DNA from: Candidatus Aegiribacteria sp.
GTDB lineage: Bacteria; Fermentibacterota; Fermentibacteria; Fermentibacterales; JCC-6
Direction: 5' to 3'
Assembly: GCA_046498225.1 (NCBI GenBank)
Contig: JAWOBF010000077.1
Span: forward strand, 1 to 14,574
DNA length: 14,574 nucleotides
This document shows positions 1-8,098 of the stretch, in pieces; the stretch's first letter is position 1; each line of letters begins with the position of its first letter. The notes beneath the pieces are model-generated. The model was not told where the DNA came from, ran no database searches, and saw nothing but the letters and a program-made list of their open reading frames with translations. A program made the position numbers and the translations under genes.

Positions 1-67
1 GGGTGGGATTACTGACCCATTCGCTCTCCACCATCTCCAGTTCCCGCGCGGATCTGTTATCAGCCAT
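1..67 (-). CDS. 5' end of a hypothetical protein running off the left edge (MADNRSARELEMVESEWVSNPT...)
   Basis: ATG at 67-65 preceded by purine-rich GGGGAAGAAA; overlaps the upstream gene's end by 8 nt; frame open to position 1. Too short to assign a function. Confidence 0.6.
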   Translation of the reverse strand, partial: MADNRSARELEMVESEWVSNPT

Positions 68-1016
68 TTTCTTCCCCCGGCATGAATGTGTTCATTATGA
101 GCCACCCCTCTCGAATGTATGGTTCCTTCTCCCTCCGCTCATGGAAGACCACCATGTCCAGAAGGTATCTTCTGCCTTCACTCCTCAGGACATAACTGGT
201 GAAGGCGCCGGCGTTCAGGTACTCCGGGTTCCTCCACATGCCCAGCAGTTTCCAGCCCTCCAGTCCGCGGAGATCAAGTGGTTCCACCCGGACCCTGGAC
301 CTGTCCACCGAATCGGCCTCGGCGGCGTAGAAATGGTTCCTGGCCACCGCTTCCCTCCAGGTAACCGCCTCCTCCGGGGAAAGGGCCTTGTCGTCCTCTA
401 TCCACCTTACGCTCAGGAGAAGGAGACAGTCGTCCGATACCCTTCTCTGGTACTGGATGAAGCCGGTTTCGGGATCCCAGTCGGCCAGTGAATAGGATTT
501 GGGTATGTCCATGCTGAATCCCAGTTCGAGAAGGCTGTCTATCCTGGCGGGGCTGGTCATCTGGGTGGAGACGAAGCTTCCGTATATGTGATGGTGGAGG
601 TGGCGGTCGTATATGGTCTCCAGTCTGTCGGACAGGGCTTCCCAGTCATCGAATTCCGGCACTACTACTCCGAGGACGTACTGGTCGGAAGCCCACAGGT
701 CCTCGCCGCTGTAAATTCCGCCGGAAGACTCCAGTTCCTCCGGTAGCCCGGACCTGTCATCGGCCAGGAAGAGAACTGTCCGGCGGGTTTTCAGGTCTCC
801 CTGGAACTCCTCGACGGTGCATACGGAAAAATCGAAGACGTCTTCCGGCTCCACCGTGTCCACCTGCTTCTGGATACGGTCCAGTACAGTGTTCAGCCGC
901 TGCGCCTCCGTCCCGTCCGGGTAGACCACCAGCACACCCTTCAGGGGTCCGGTGGCCGGTCCCGCGCAGCCCGCCAGGAACATCAGAAAAACGGGGAGTA
1001 TCCGGAAGTACCTCAT
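60..1016 (-). CDS. Lipoprotein, DUF4837-like
   Basis: True start is probably ATG 1016 (TGATG overlap with upstream stop, GAGGGA SD) rather than 1118. Signal peptide with lipobox MRYFRILPVFLMFLAG-C. Segments DLWASDQYV, GMW...AGAFTSY and KEPYIREGWLIMNTF resemble DUF4837 proteins. Confidence 0.65.
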   Translation of the reverse strand: MRYFRILPVFLMFLAGCAGPATGPLKGVLVVYPDGTEAQRLNTVLDRIQKQVDTVEPEDVFDFSVCTVEEFQGDLKTRRTVLFLADDRSGLPEELESSGGIYSGEDLWASDQYVLGVVVPEFDDWEALSDRLETIYDRHLHHHIYGSFVSTQMTSPARIDSLLELGFSMDIPKSYSLADWDPETGFIQYQRRVSDDCLLLLSVRWIEDDKALSPEEAVTWREAVARNHFYAAEADSVDRSRVRVEPLDLRGLEGWKLLGMWRNPEYLNAGAFTSYVLRSEGRRYLLDMVVFHERREKEPYIREGWLIMNTFMPGEENG

Positions 1017-1375
1017 CAGTCCCTCTTCCCGGACTTGAACATCGGTATGACATGACGGGCCAGACCGATAACGGCCGGAAGGTACCTGGCGGCTCCCTCC
1101 ATCACAGGTGAGTTCCATTCGCTGCCGTTAATCCTGTTTATCAGCGATGTGGTGGCGTTGGCGGTGATGCTGATATCCTCCCCCGTCCTCTCTATCTCCT
1201 GAAGGGCCGATGATATTCTTGGAGTAAGCTCCTCTATCTCGTCGCTGAGGGAGTGGAGCGTGGACTCCATCTCGCTTAGAGTTTTGTGCATCTTGAGGAC
1301 CACCGAAACGAAGAACCCTATCCCTATGAAAATGCCTGCCACACCCACAAGCTGTACAACGAATAAACCTTCCAT
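1016..1375 (-). CDS. DUF948/YoxC-like membrane protein (single N-terminal TM + coiled coil)
   Basis: MEGLFVVQLVGVAGIFIGIGFFVSVVL hydrophobic helix followed by heptad-like KTLSEMESTLHSLSDEIEELT; AAGGGGA SD-like at 1394-1388. Start placed at ATG 1375 rather than 1441. Confidence 0.65.
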   Translation of the reverse strand: MEGLFVVQLVGVAGIFIGIGFFVSVVLKMHKTLSEMESTLHSLSDEIEELTPRISSALQEIERTGEDISITANATTSLINRINGSEWNSPVMEGAARYLPAVIGLARHVIPMFKSGKRD

Positions 1376-1504
1376 CAGATATTCCAATCCCCTTTGCGCT
1401 GCAGTGCTTTCCCCGCCGCAGCCGGTACATTTGATATTCATCTTTCAGCCCGGGAGATACCGGGTCATGCGGAGCGGCCGGCAAATGCCGTTGCTCCATG
1501 CTCA

Positions 1505-1540
1505 ACTATAGGGATAAAGCATATCGTAGGCGAATGTCAA
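1505..1540 (-). promoter_or_regulatory. Possible sigma70-type promoter for the DUF948/DUF4837 genes
   Basis: Perfect TTGACA at 1540-1535 in a locally AT-richer intergenic tract. The best -10-like hexamer (TATAGT, 1510-1505) is 24 nt away; at 17-18 nt there is only TTATCC/TATCCC, so the spacing is imperfect. Confidence 0.35.
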
Positions 1541-1568
1541 GCTCCCTCGAAACGATCCCCGGGGGCGG

Positions 1569-2414
1569 TCAGGAAATGCTGTTCCTCCAGGCCTTGACCG
1601 TGTTGCTCAGAAGGAAGGCTATGGTGAGCGGACCGACACCTCCGGGCACCGGAGTGATGGCTCCGCTGATCCCGGCCACGGAGTCGAAGTCCACGTCTCC
1701 CGCCAGGCCTTCCTCCGTGCGACTGATACCCACGTCGATAACCGTCGCGCCCGGTTTCACGAACTCCGGCGTGATGAACCGGGGACGGCCCACCGCAGCC
1801 ACCAGGATATCGGCGGTTCTGCACAGCCCGGGAAGCTCCCCGGTGTGTGAATGGGCCAGCGAAACAGTCGCGTGACGGCGGAGGAGCATTGCTGCCATGG
1901 GCTTTCCCACGATGTTGCTTCTTCCGACTATCACCGCTCTGCTGCCGTCGATTTCTATGCCGTAGTGCGCGAGCATAGCGGTTATTCCCAGCGGTGTGCA
2001 GGGAAAGAGGCCGTCCTCGCCCCTCCAGAGCTTTCCCACGTTGACCGGGTGAAAACCGTCCACATCCTTCTGTGGAAGTATGGCCGACGCCACTCTGTGG
2101 GGGGAGATGTGGTCCGGCAGCGGAAGCTGACAGAGTATCCCGTGAACGGAGTCGTCCCGGTTGAGCCGGTCTATCACCGCCAGCAGCTCCTCCAGGGATG
2201 CCGAACCGTCCAGCTTCACAACGCTGCTCCTGATACCGGCCCTGCGGCAGGCTTTCTCCTTCATGGAGACGTATACCCGGCTGGCCGGGTCATCGCCCAC
2301 CACTACCACCGTCAACCCGGGGGGGGAGCCCTGGACGGATTCTATCTCCCCGGCCAGTTCCTTCCTGACCGACGCGGCGAATTCCTTTCCTGAAAGCAGC
2401 AGAGGGTCGGACAT
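1569..2414 (-). CDS. folD: Bifunctional methylenetetrahydrofolate dehydrogenase/cyclohydrolase
   Basis: Motifs VGDDPASRVYVSMK, KDVDGFHP, PCTPLG, GRSNIVGKP, DVGISR, TPVPGGVGPLT; 281 aa. Confidence 0.97.
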   Translation of the reverse strand: MSDPLLLSGKEFAASVRKELAGEIESVQGSPPGLTVVVVGDDPASRVYVSMKEKACRRAGIRSSVVKLDGSASLEELLAVIDRLNRDDSVHGILCQLPLPDHISPHRVASAILPQKDVDGFHPVNVGKLWRGEDGLFPCTPLGITAMLAHYGIEIDGSRAVIVGRSNIVGKPMAAMLLRRHATVSLAHSHTGELPGLCRTADILVAAVGRPRFITPEFVKPGATVIDVGISRTEEGLAGDVDFDSVAGISGAITPVPGGVGPLTIAFLLSNTVKAWRNSIS

Positions 2415-2423
2415 TTCGTACCC

Positions 2424-2738
2424 CTATACTCTGTCTATGGACTTGATCTCTATCCTGGTGTAATCCTGCCGGTGGCCGCGGGTCCTCTCGTAACCCTTGC
2501 GCCTCTTCCTCTTGTAGACGGTTATCTTGCCTCCCCTGCCATGCTCCAGCACTTCGGCCTTCACAGAAGCGCCCTCTACAAGGGGACTGCCCACCTGTAC
2601 ATCATCTCCGTCCTCCAGAAGCAGGACTCTCTCCAGGTTCACCGATTCGCCCTCGTCCGAGGCCAGTCTGGGCACGTTGAGTTTCATTCCGGGCTCGACC
2701 CTGAACTGAAGACCTCCCGTTTCGACTATCGCGTACAA
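2424..2738 (-). CDS. rplU: 50S ribosomal protein L21
   Basis: MYAIVETGGLQFRV...KRKRRKGYERTRGHRQDYT; 104 aa; TTG start with GGAGGTG SD at 2750-2744. Confidence 0.98.
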   Translation of the reverse strand: MYAIVETGGLQFRVEPGMKLNVPRLASDEGESVNLERVLLLEDGDDVQVGSPLVEGASVKAEVLEHGRGGKITVYKRKRRKGYERTRGHRQDYTRIEIKSIDRV

Positions 2739-2743
2739 TTATT

Positions 2744-2750
2744 CACCTCC
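2744..2750 (-). promoter_or_regulatory. Shine-Dalgarno of rplU
   Basis: GGAGGTG, 5 nt upstream of the TTG start at 2738. Confidence 0.85.
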
Positions 2751-2787
2751 GTGACAGGTAACACTTTTCATATCGGGGTCTCTGTCG

Positions 2788-4326
2788 TCACCCCGAACGG
2801 CTGTAAAGGCTTGTTATCTCCTCGTGCAGGTCCAGTGAGTATACCTTGAACTCATCCACACGCAGGTCCGGGTCCTCCCTGAACTCGATGCTCAGCTGAG
2901 AGAGGGACGCGATGTGGTCCATCCTCTTGCCCTCCTCCTCGTACAGGTACTGCGCCAGGCTGGGATGTACGGATATCACCAGATTCCTGTGCTTCTTGTC
3001 AAGCGATGCCCTCTCTATGAACCGTTCCAGCATCGTGGCGGTGGAAACGGTGGAGAGAACCCTGCCGGACCCGCCGCAGCAGGCGCAGGGCTCGGAGAGG
3101 GCCTGGAACACGCTGGGTCTCACCCTTTTTCTGGTCATCTCCACCAGACCCATCGGACTGACCTGGCAGGTCTTGGTCGGGGACCTGTCCCTGCCCAGTT
3201 CAGTTCGAAGGGCGTTGAGCACCTTGTCCCTGTGGTCGGGAATATCCATGTCGATGAAATCGATTACTATTATCCCGCCGAGGTCACGCAGCCGGAGCTG
3301 GCGGGCCACTTCCTTGGCCGCCTCCATGTTGTTCTTGAATATGGTGCTCTCCTGGTTCCTCCGGCCCACGTACTTCTTGGTGTTCACGTCGATGGCCACC
3401 AGCGCCTCGGTATGCTCGATGACCAGCGACCCGCCGCTCTTCAGGGGGACCTCCCTGGCCATGATGCCGGTTATCTCCTGCTCTATTCCGAAGTGGTCGA
3501 AGATCGGCGTCTTGCCCCGGTAGAACTTCACCTTGCCGGTCATTCCGCTGGCGAAGGTCTTGAGGTATTTCCTGGCGTTCCTGGCCACGACCCTGGAATC
3601 GGTGACTATGGAGTTCGTGTCGGGAGTGACCAGGTCCCTCATGGCTATGGTCACGATGTCCTGCTCCTGGTGAAGGAGGGCGGGCGCCTTCTTCTTCAGA
3701 ACGGACTGCCCTATCTCCTGCCATTTGCCGATTATCCTCTCCATGTCCATCTTGAAGGATTTCTCGTCCTGGGAGACTCCCGCGGTCCTGGCGATGATAC
3801 CGTAGCCGGGAGTCTTGACGCTGGAGAGTATCTTGCGCAGGCGCGACCTCTCCGACCGGTCGGATATCTTCCGTGATATGCCGGTGACGTTCTCCCCCGG
3901 CATGCTCACTATGTACCTGCCCGCTATGGATATCCTGGTGGTGACCCTGGCGCCCTTCGTTCCGATTGGTTCCTTTGTCACCTGGACCAGGATGTCCTGT
4001 CCCTTCCGAAGCACCTTCTCGATGGAATCGTGCACCTCCCTGGTGGTGGCGGGTGAACCGCTGGCAAGGGACCTCGCGAACTTGTCCGCGTCCACCGCGC
4101 CCATCCTCACGTCGCTTACGTGGAGAAAGGCGCTTCGCTCCAGCCCTATGTCCACGAAGGCTGCCTGCATCCCCGGGAGGACGGCATTCACCTTCCCCAG
4201 GTAGATGTTTCCCACCTGCCTTTTCTCGTTCGAATCCTCTACTATTATCTCCATCAGCCTGTTGTCCTCCAGAATGCCTATTCTGGTGACCTCGGGGTGG
4301 GAGTTTATTATGAAATCAACTTTCAA
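2788..4326 (-). CDS. rng: Ribonuclease E/G family (RNase G-like length, no C-terminal scaffold)
   Basis: S1 domain GNIYLGKV...LPGMQAAFVDIG, KEPIGTKGARVT, catalytic IDVNT and IDFIDM, RQLRLRDLGGII, Zn-link CACCGGSG; 512 aa; TTG start overlapping the upstream gene by 11 nt. Confidence 0.93.
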   Translation of the reverse strand: MKVDFIINSHPEVTRIGILEDNRLMEIIVEDSNEKRQVGNIYLGKVNAVLPGMQAAFVDIGLERSAFLHVSDVRMGAVDADKFARSLASGSPATTREVHDSIEKVLRKGQDILVQVTKEPIGTKGARVTTRISIAGRYIVSMPGENVTGISRKISDRSERSRLRKILSSVKTPGYGIIARTAGVSQDEKSFKMDMERIIGKWQEIGQSVLKKKAPALLHQEQDIVTIAMRDLVTPDTNSIVTDSRVVARNARKYLKTFASGMTGKVKFYRGKTPIFDHFGIEQEITGIMAREVPLKSGGSLVIEHTEALVAIDVNTKKYVGRRNQESTIFKNNMEAAKEVARQLRLRDLGGIIVIDFIDMDIPDHRDKVLNALRTELGRDRSPTKTCQVSPMGLVEMTRKRVRPSVFQALSEPCACCGGSGRVLSTVSTATMLERFIERASLDKKHRNLVISVHPSLAQYLYEEEGKRMDHIASLSQLSIEFREDPDLRVDEFKVYSLDLHEEITSLYSRSG

Positions 4327-6754
4327 AGAACATCTTCTCCAAATCCTCGCTGTGAGATCTCATCGACCTCCAGCCTTTTTCGTCGAGCTTGCTGTACAGC
4401 CCTATCTTCCTTATTCCCACCGGACGGTCCAGTACCCTGGACATTATCAGGTCCGGGCGGGACTCTTTGTCATCCGCCGGCGCCATGAACCTGACACCGG
4501 TATCATCTTCGTTTTTCGCCTTCAGCACCCCCTCCAGCCCGCGAAGCTTCGCAACGGCGCTTTCCGCCTCATCCGCGGTAAGCCCGAAACCGCCGGGGAC
4601 CAGAACATATTCCGCCGCCACCGGCGGCTGGTCGGGAGGAGGGCTGTTCGGGTCGATGACCCATGTCTCCTCCGCCCTGTAGCCGCGGGGCATGAAGCCG
4701 GTCAGAAGCTCCGCCGGATTATCGCCCGGCGGTGCTTCAAGTCTAATATCCACATATTCGGCAACGCTTTCAATGCCCAGGGGCAATGGCGGCCCGAACT
4801 GCACTCTTGGCCTGCTAACATAACCATCGGACCATGATACAGGCAAACCAGACCTTCGAAGGGTCCGTCCCCACATCCTGACGGTGTCCAGATGGGAGGT
4901 GCACGCGGCCGGTCCCGTCTTCGAATAGCGGACCCTCAGCACCGCGCTGTACTCCCCGGAACCCTCCGTCCCTTTCCCGTCGTCCTTCATCCCCCCGGTT
5001 CGGGCTCGGTTCGTCGATACCCCCTCGCCGGAACAGGCGCCGCAGCCCTGGCAGCCCTCCTCCCTGCAGTCCGGGGTCACGGTGCCGGCTGTGTACTTCA
5101 GGTACTCCCTCTTCAGGTGACCATCCGACACTCCGGTGGAGATGAAATCCCATGGAAGCGGGTCCTCCAGTTCCAGCCCCTCCCTCAGCCTTCTTACGGT
5201 TTCGGGGTGCCGGTCCAGGACCGACCTCCAGATATCCCAGCGGAACCGGTCGGTCCAGGCGTCGAACCTGGCTCCCCCGCTGACCGCCTCCTCGAGGATG
5301 TCCGCCGTGGTCTCCATGTCACCCAGCGACAGTACAGCCTCCACCATGGCCACCCTGGGACTGTTCCAGCTGAGGTTCACCTTTCGGCCGCACATCTTCT
5401 TTACCAGGCGTATCCTCCTCCAGATCTCCTCCTCGTCCAGCTGGGGGGCCCACTGAAGTGGTGTCCGGGCCTTGGGCACGAATGGGGAAAGGGCCACGGT
5501 GACGCTCTTCCGGGGATTGCGCCGGTGTTTCCTGCAGATGGACGCCACCTCCAGGGCCAGCTTCGAAATGCCCCTGATATCATCCTCGGTCTCCAGCGGA
5601 AGCCCTACGATGAAGTACAGCTTGACGCCCCGCGCTCCCATGCCGAAGACCGTCCTCACGGCTTCCAGGATGGTGCGGTCACTTATGGGCTTGTTCATTC
5701 TTTCCCGCAGGGATTCGCTGCCCCCCTCCGGGGCCAGGGTGAGCCTTCCGGTGAGGTCGCAGGCGTCCTTCAGTCTCAGCACAGAGTCCGGCCTCATGGA
5801 AGGCATGCTTGACGCGGCGTGATGCCGGCGGGTGAGGGATTCCATGCCGCCGAGCAGCGCGGGAAGCTCCGAGTAGTCTGACAGTGAGAGGGTAAGCAGG
5901 CCGGCCTTCTCCCATCCTGTGGACTTCAGGGCACGGTCCATCAGTTCAAGCGTCTCGTCCACCGGCCGCTGGCGAACGGGTCTGTAAAGCTGGGATGCCT
6001 GGCAGAACCTGCAGCCCCTGGTGCAGCCCCGGGCTATCTCCACCACCGCCCTGTCCTGGGAGACCCTGGAGTTTGGCACCAGCTGGTCCACCGGAGCGCA
6101 GCGGGAAGCCAGCGAGGCTACCCTCTGGAATTCCACCCTTCCGCCGTCCAGGCCGGGAACGAAGACACCGGGCACTTCCGCCGCTCTGTTCAGCCGTTCG
6201 TCGCGGGAGTTCTCCGAAGCCAGTATGCGGAAGAGTTCCTCCGCCCTCTCCTCCACCTCCCCCAGGTAGAAAAGGTCGGCGAAGGGAGCCAGGGGAAGGG
6301 GATTGGCGAGACCTCCTCCGCCGAAGATTATCAGCGGGGCGTCACTCCCGCGGTCCCGGCCGCGGAGCGGCAGGCCCATCCTGCCTATCAGATGCAGCGC
6401 GTTGGTGTAGAGGGATTCCGACGGTATGGTGAAACCCACCACCCTGCTGTGACGCACCGGTTCGTATTCCTCCAGGTCCACCCATTCCAGCGATTCCCTG
6501 TCCATCAATTCGTCCATGTCCGGAGCCGGGCAGAAAGCCCTTCTGACGTCGAACGACCCGGTCTCCAGAAGAACGTGCCGCAGGACCGCCAGGCCGAAGT
6601 TGGACATGCCCATCTCGTATACGTCGGGGTATACCAGGGTCACCCTGGGCCTGTCCTTGGGCGCGGGCTGAAGGTTCCATTCGCCGCCGGTGTACTGCTG
6701 CGGCCTCCTCACGCTGAGAAGGAAACGTCCGTAGGGATGGTCCTGGTATATCAA
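4316..6754 (-). CDS. TIGR03960-family (B12-binding-like) radical SAM protein fused to C-terminal TIGR03936/DUF2344 domain
   Basis: N-terminal RPQQYTGGEWN and YPDVYEMGMSNFG; radical SAM CxxxCxxC (CTRGCRFC, 6025-6002); APEGGSESLR, FIVGLPLET, FVPKARTPLQW; Cys cluster DCREEGCQGCGAC; C-terminal YSKTG...SHLD...RRSGLP...FGPPLPLGIES. TTGA start/stop overlap. Confidence 0.88.
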   Translation of the reverse strand: MIYQDHPYGRFLLSVRRPQQYTGGEWNLQPAPKDRPRVTLVYPDVYEMGMSNFGLAVLRHVLLETGSFDVRRAFCPAPDMDELMDRESLEWVDLEEYEPVRHSRVVGFTIPSESLYTNALHLIGRMGLPLRGRDRGSDAPLIIFGGGGLANPLPLAPFADLFYLGEVEERAEELFRILASENSRDERLNRAAEVPGVFVPGLDGGRVEFQRVASLASRCAPVDQLVPNSRVSQDRAVVEIARGCTRGCRFCQASQLYRPVRQRPVDETLELMDRALKSTGWEKAGLLTLSLSDYSELPALLGGMESLTRRHHAASSMPSMRPDSVLRLKDACDLTGRLTLAPEGGSESLRERMNKPISDRTILEAVRTVFGMGARGVKLYFIVGLPLETEDDIRGISKLALEVASICRKHRRNPRKSVTVALSPFVPKARTPLQWAPQLDEEEIWRRIRLVKKMCGRKVNLSWNSPRVAMVEAVLSLGDMETTADILEEAVSGGARFDAWTDRFRWDIWRSVLDRHPETVRRLREGLELEDPLPWDFISTGVSDGHLKREYLKYTAGTVTPDCREEGCQGCGACSGEGVSTNRARTGGMKDDGKGTEGSGEYSAVLRVRYSKTGPAACTSHLDTVRMWGRTLRRSGLPVSWSDGYVSRPRVQFGPPLPLGIESVAEYVDIRLEAPPGDNPAELLTGFMPRGYRAEETWVIDPNSPPPDQPPVAAEYVLVPGGFGLTADEAESAVAKLRGLEGVLKAKNEDDTGVRFMAPADDKESRPDLIMSRVLDRPVGIRKIGLYSKLDEKGWRSMRSHSEDLEKMFFES

Positions 6755-7272
6755 GCGGTTCCCGGTCCCGATATCTCGATCTCCTGTGACACCGGATTGG
6801 CCAGCAGACCCCGCTCCCGGTGGGTTGCCACGGCCAGGTCCTTAGCCCGTCTCCCGGCCTCATCTTCCGGCAGTTGGGGGCGGAAGCCCAGCCTCCAGAG
6901 GACCGAGTACCGGACGGATACCACCGGAAATCCCTTCCCGGATATGATACGGGACCAATTCTCGGAAACGCTGTCCACCCGGTCGGTGACCAGGACTCCG
7001 GTCCATCTGAGTTCCTCTTCATGTCCCCGGGAATGGAGCCCGTCCCCGGTGAAGGACCAGGACTGCTTGTTGGGGTTAACAATGTCCGGATAATGGGAGA
7101 CTATCTCCTCCACCACCTTCCGGGTGACCCCCGGGCCGGTGAAGCGCCAGTGATCGTACCGCTCCAGGCCGACCGGACATATGTCGGGACTCACCCTCCT
7201 GAGGGTGGCGAGGGCGGTCATGGCCTCCGGGTCCGGGGCTTTCAGCCTTACCAGTATGGATATATCACTCAT
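6751..7272 (-). CDS. purS: PurS-like FGAM synthase subunit, double length (two PurS-like repeats)
   Basis: Directly downstream of purQ (8-nt overlap, GAGGGAGG SD); N-terminal VRLKAPDPE and C-terminal LLANPVSQEIEI match PurS hallmarks; 173 aa, about twice the usual size. Confidence 0.72.
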   Translation of the reverse strand: MSDISILVRLKAPDPEAMTALATLRRVSPDICPVGLERYDHWRFTGPGVTRKVVEEIVSHYPDIVNPNKQSWSFTGDGLHSRGHEEELRWTGVLVTDRVDSVSENWSRIISGKGFPVVSVRYSVLWRLGFRPQLPEDEAGRRAKDLAVATHRERGLLANPVSQEIEISGPGTA

Positions 7273-8098
7273 CTGGGCCTCCCTCGAAGTGGTCCTTCAG
7301 GCTCAGAAAGAACAGGGCTCCCGGGCCCCGGGCTTCCGAAAAGGTGCCGGAGCTGAGCGCCAGTTCCCTCCGGTCTCCCCAGTCGCCCGGTATGGACGGG
7401 GGCAGCTGGCAGATCCTGAAAGCCCTCTCCGGATGGGGCATCATGGCCAGAACGTTGCCGCCGGTATTCATCACCGCCGCCAGGTTGCGCACAGAGCCGT
7501 TGGGATTGACCGGATATTCGGAGGATTCCGCCCCGCCGGGGTCGCAGTAGGCCAGGGCCTCGACCTCGGCGATCCTTGGCAGGTCCTCCTCCCTGAAGAC
7601 GAAACGGCCCTCGGCGTGGGCGATGGGCAGGGGCAGGGGACTGTCCTCGAGCCTGCTCAGCCAGGGACAGGCCTTTCCGGCGTTCCCCCTGAGATGAAGG
7701 AATATCCACCTGCTCAGGTAACCGCTTCTTCCGGTTATGTGGTTCGCCGCCAGGGATGCCTCTATGCGCCCCGCCTCCCATCCCGGGACCAGTCCGCTCT
7801 CCACCAGGACCTGGGCCCCGTTGCAGATGCCCAGTACCGGCCTGCCCAGGGAGGCAGCTCCGAAGACCAGGTCCATCAGCCTCTCCTTGGCCGCCACCGC
7901 GCCGGCCCTTACCCTGTCCTGAAAGGAGAACCCCCCCGGAATGATGAAAGCGTCCGGGGCCGCGTCCCTTATCTCATCCAGCTGGTTCCATCTGAAGACC
8001 AGCCCCTCCATGCCGGACATCCTCACCGCTCTGGCCGTCTCGCGCTCACAGTTGGAGCCGGGGAACTGAATAACCGCCACCATGGGGAGCGAACTCAT
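7265..8098 (-). CDS. purQ: Phosphoribosylformylglycinamidine synthase glutaminase subunit
   Basis: FPGSNCERE, PGGFSF, GICNG (catalytic Cys), IAHAEG, NPNGS, MMPHPER (His-Glu); ATGA overlap with purL. Confidence 0.97.
   Translation of the reverse strand: MSSLPMVAVIQFPGSNCERETARAVRMSGMEGLVFRWNQLDEIRDAAPDAFIIPGGFSFQDRVRAGAVAAKERLMDLVFGAASLGRPVLGICNGAQVLVESGLVPGWEAGRIEASLAANHITGRSGYLSRWIFLHLRGNAGKACPWLSRLEDSPLPLPIAHAEGRFVFREEDLPRIAEVEALAYCDPGGAESSEYPVNPNGSVRNLAAVMNTGGNVLAMMPHPERAFRICQLPPSIPGDWGDRRELALSSGTFSEARGPGALFFLSLKDHFEGGPDE

Noticed and set aside
1390..1425. c-di-GMP-I riboswitch-like words (GAAA...CGCAAAG)
   Set aside because: Lacks the upstream GCAAAC element and the second hairpin with the tetraloop receptor; the sequence runs straight into the SD.
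1376..1441. CxxC-containing N-terminal extension (MNIKCTGCGG) of the DUF948-like ORF
   Set aside because: A single CxxC with no partner motif; an SD-like sequence lies downstream of it, favouring ATG 1375.
1557..1565. CCCCGGGG palindrome after folD as an intrinsic terminator
   Set aside because: No loop and no adjacent U-run.
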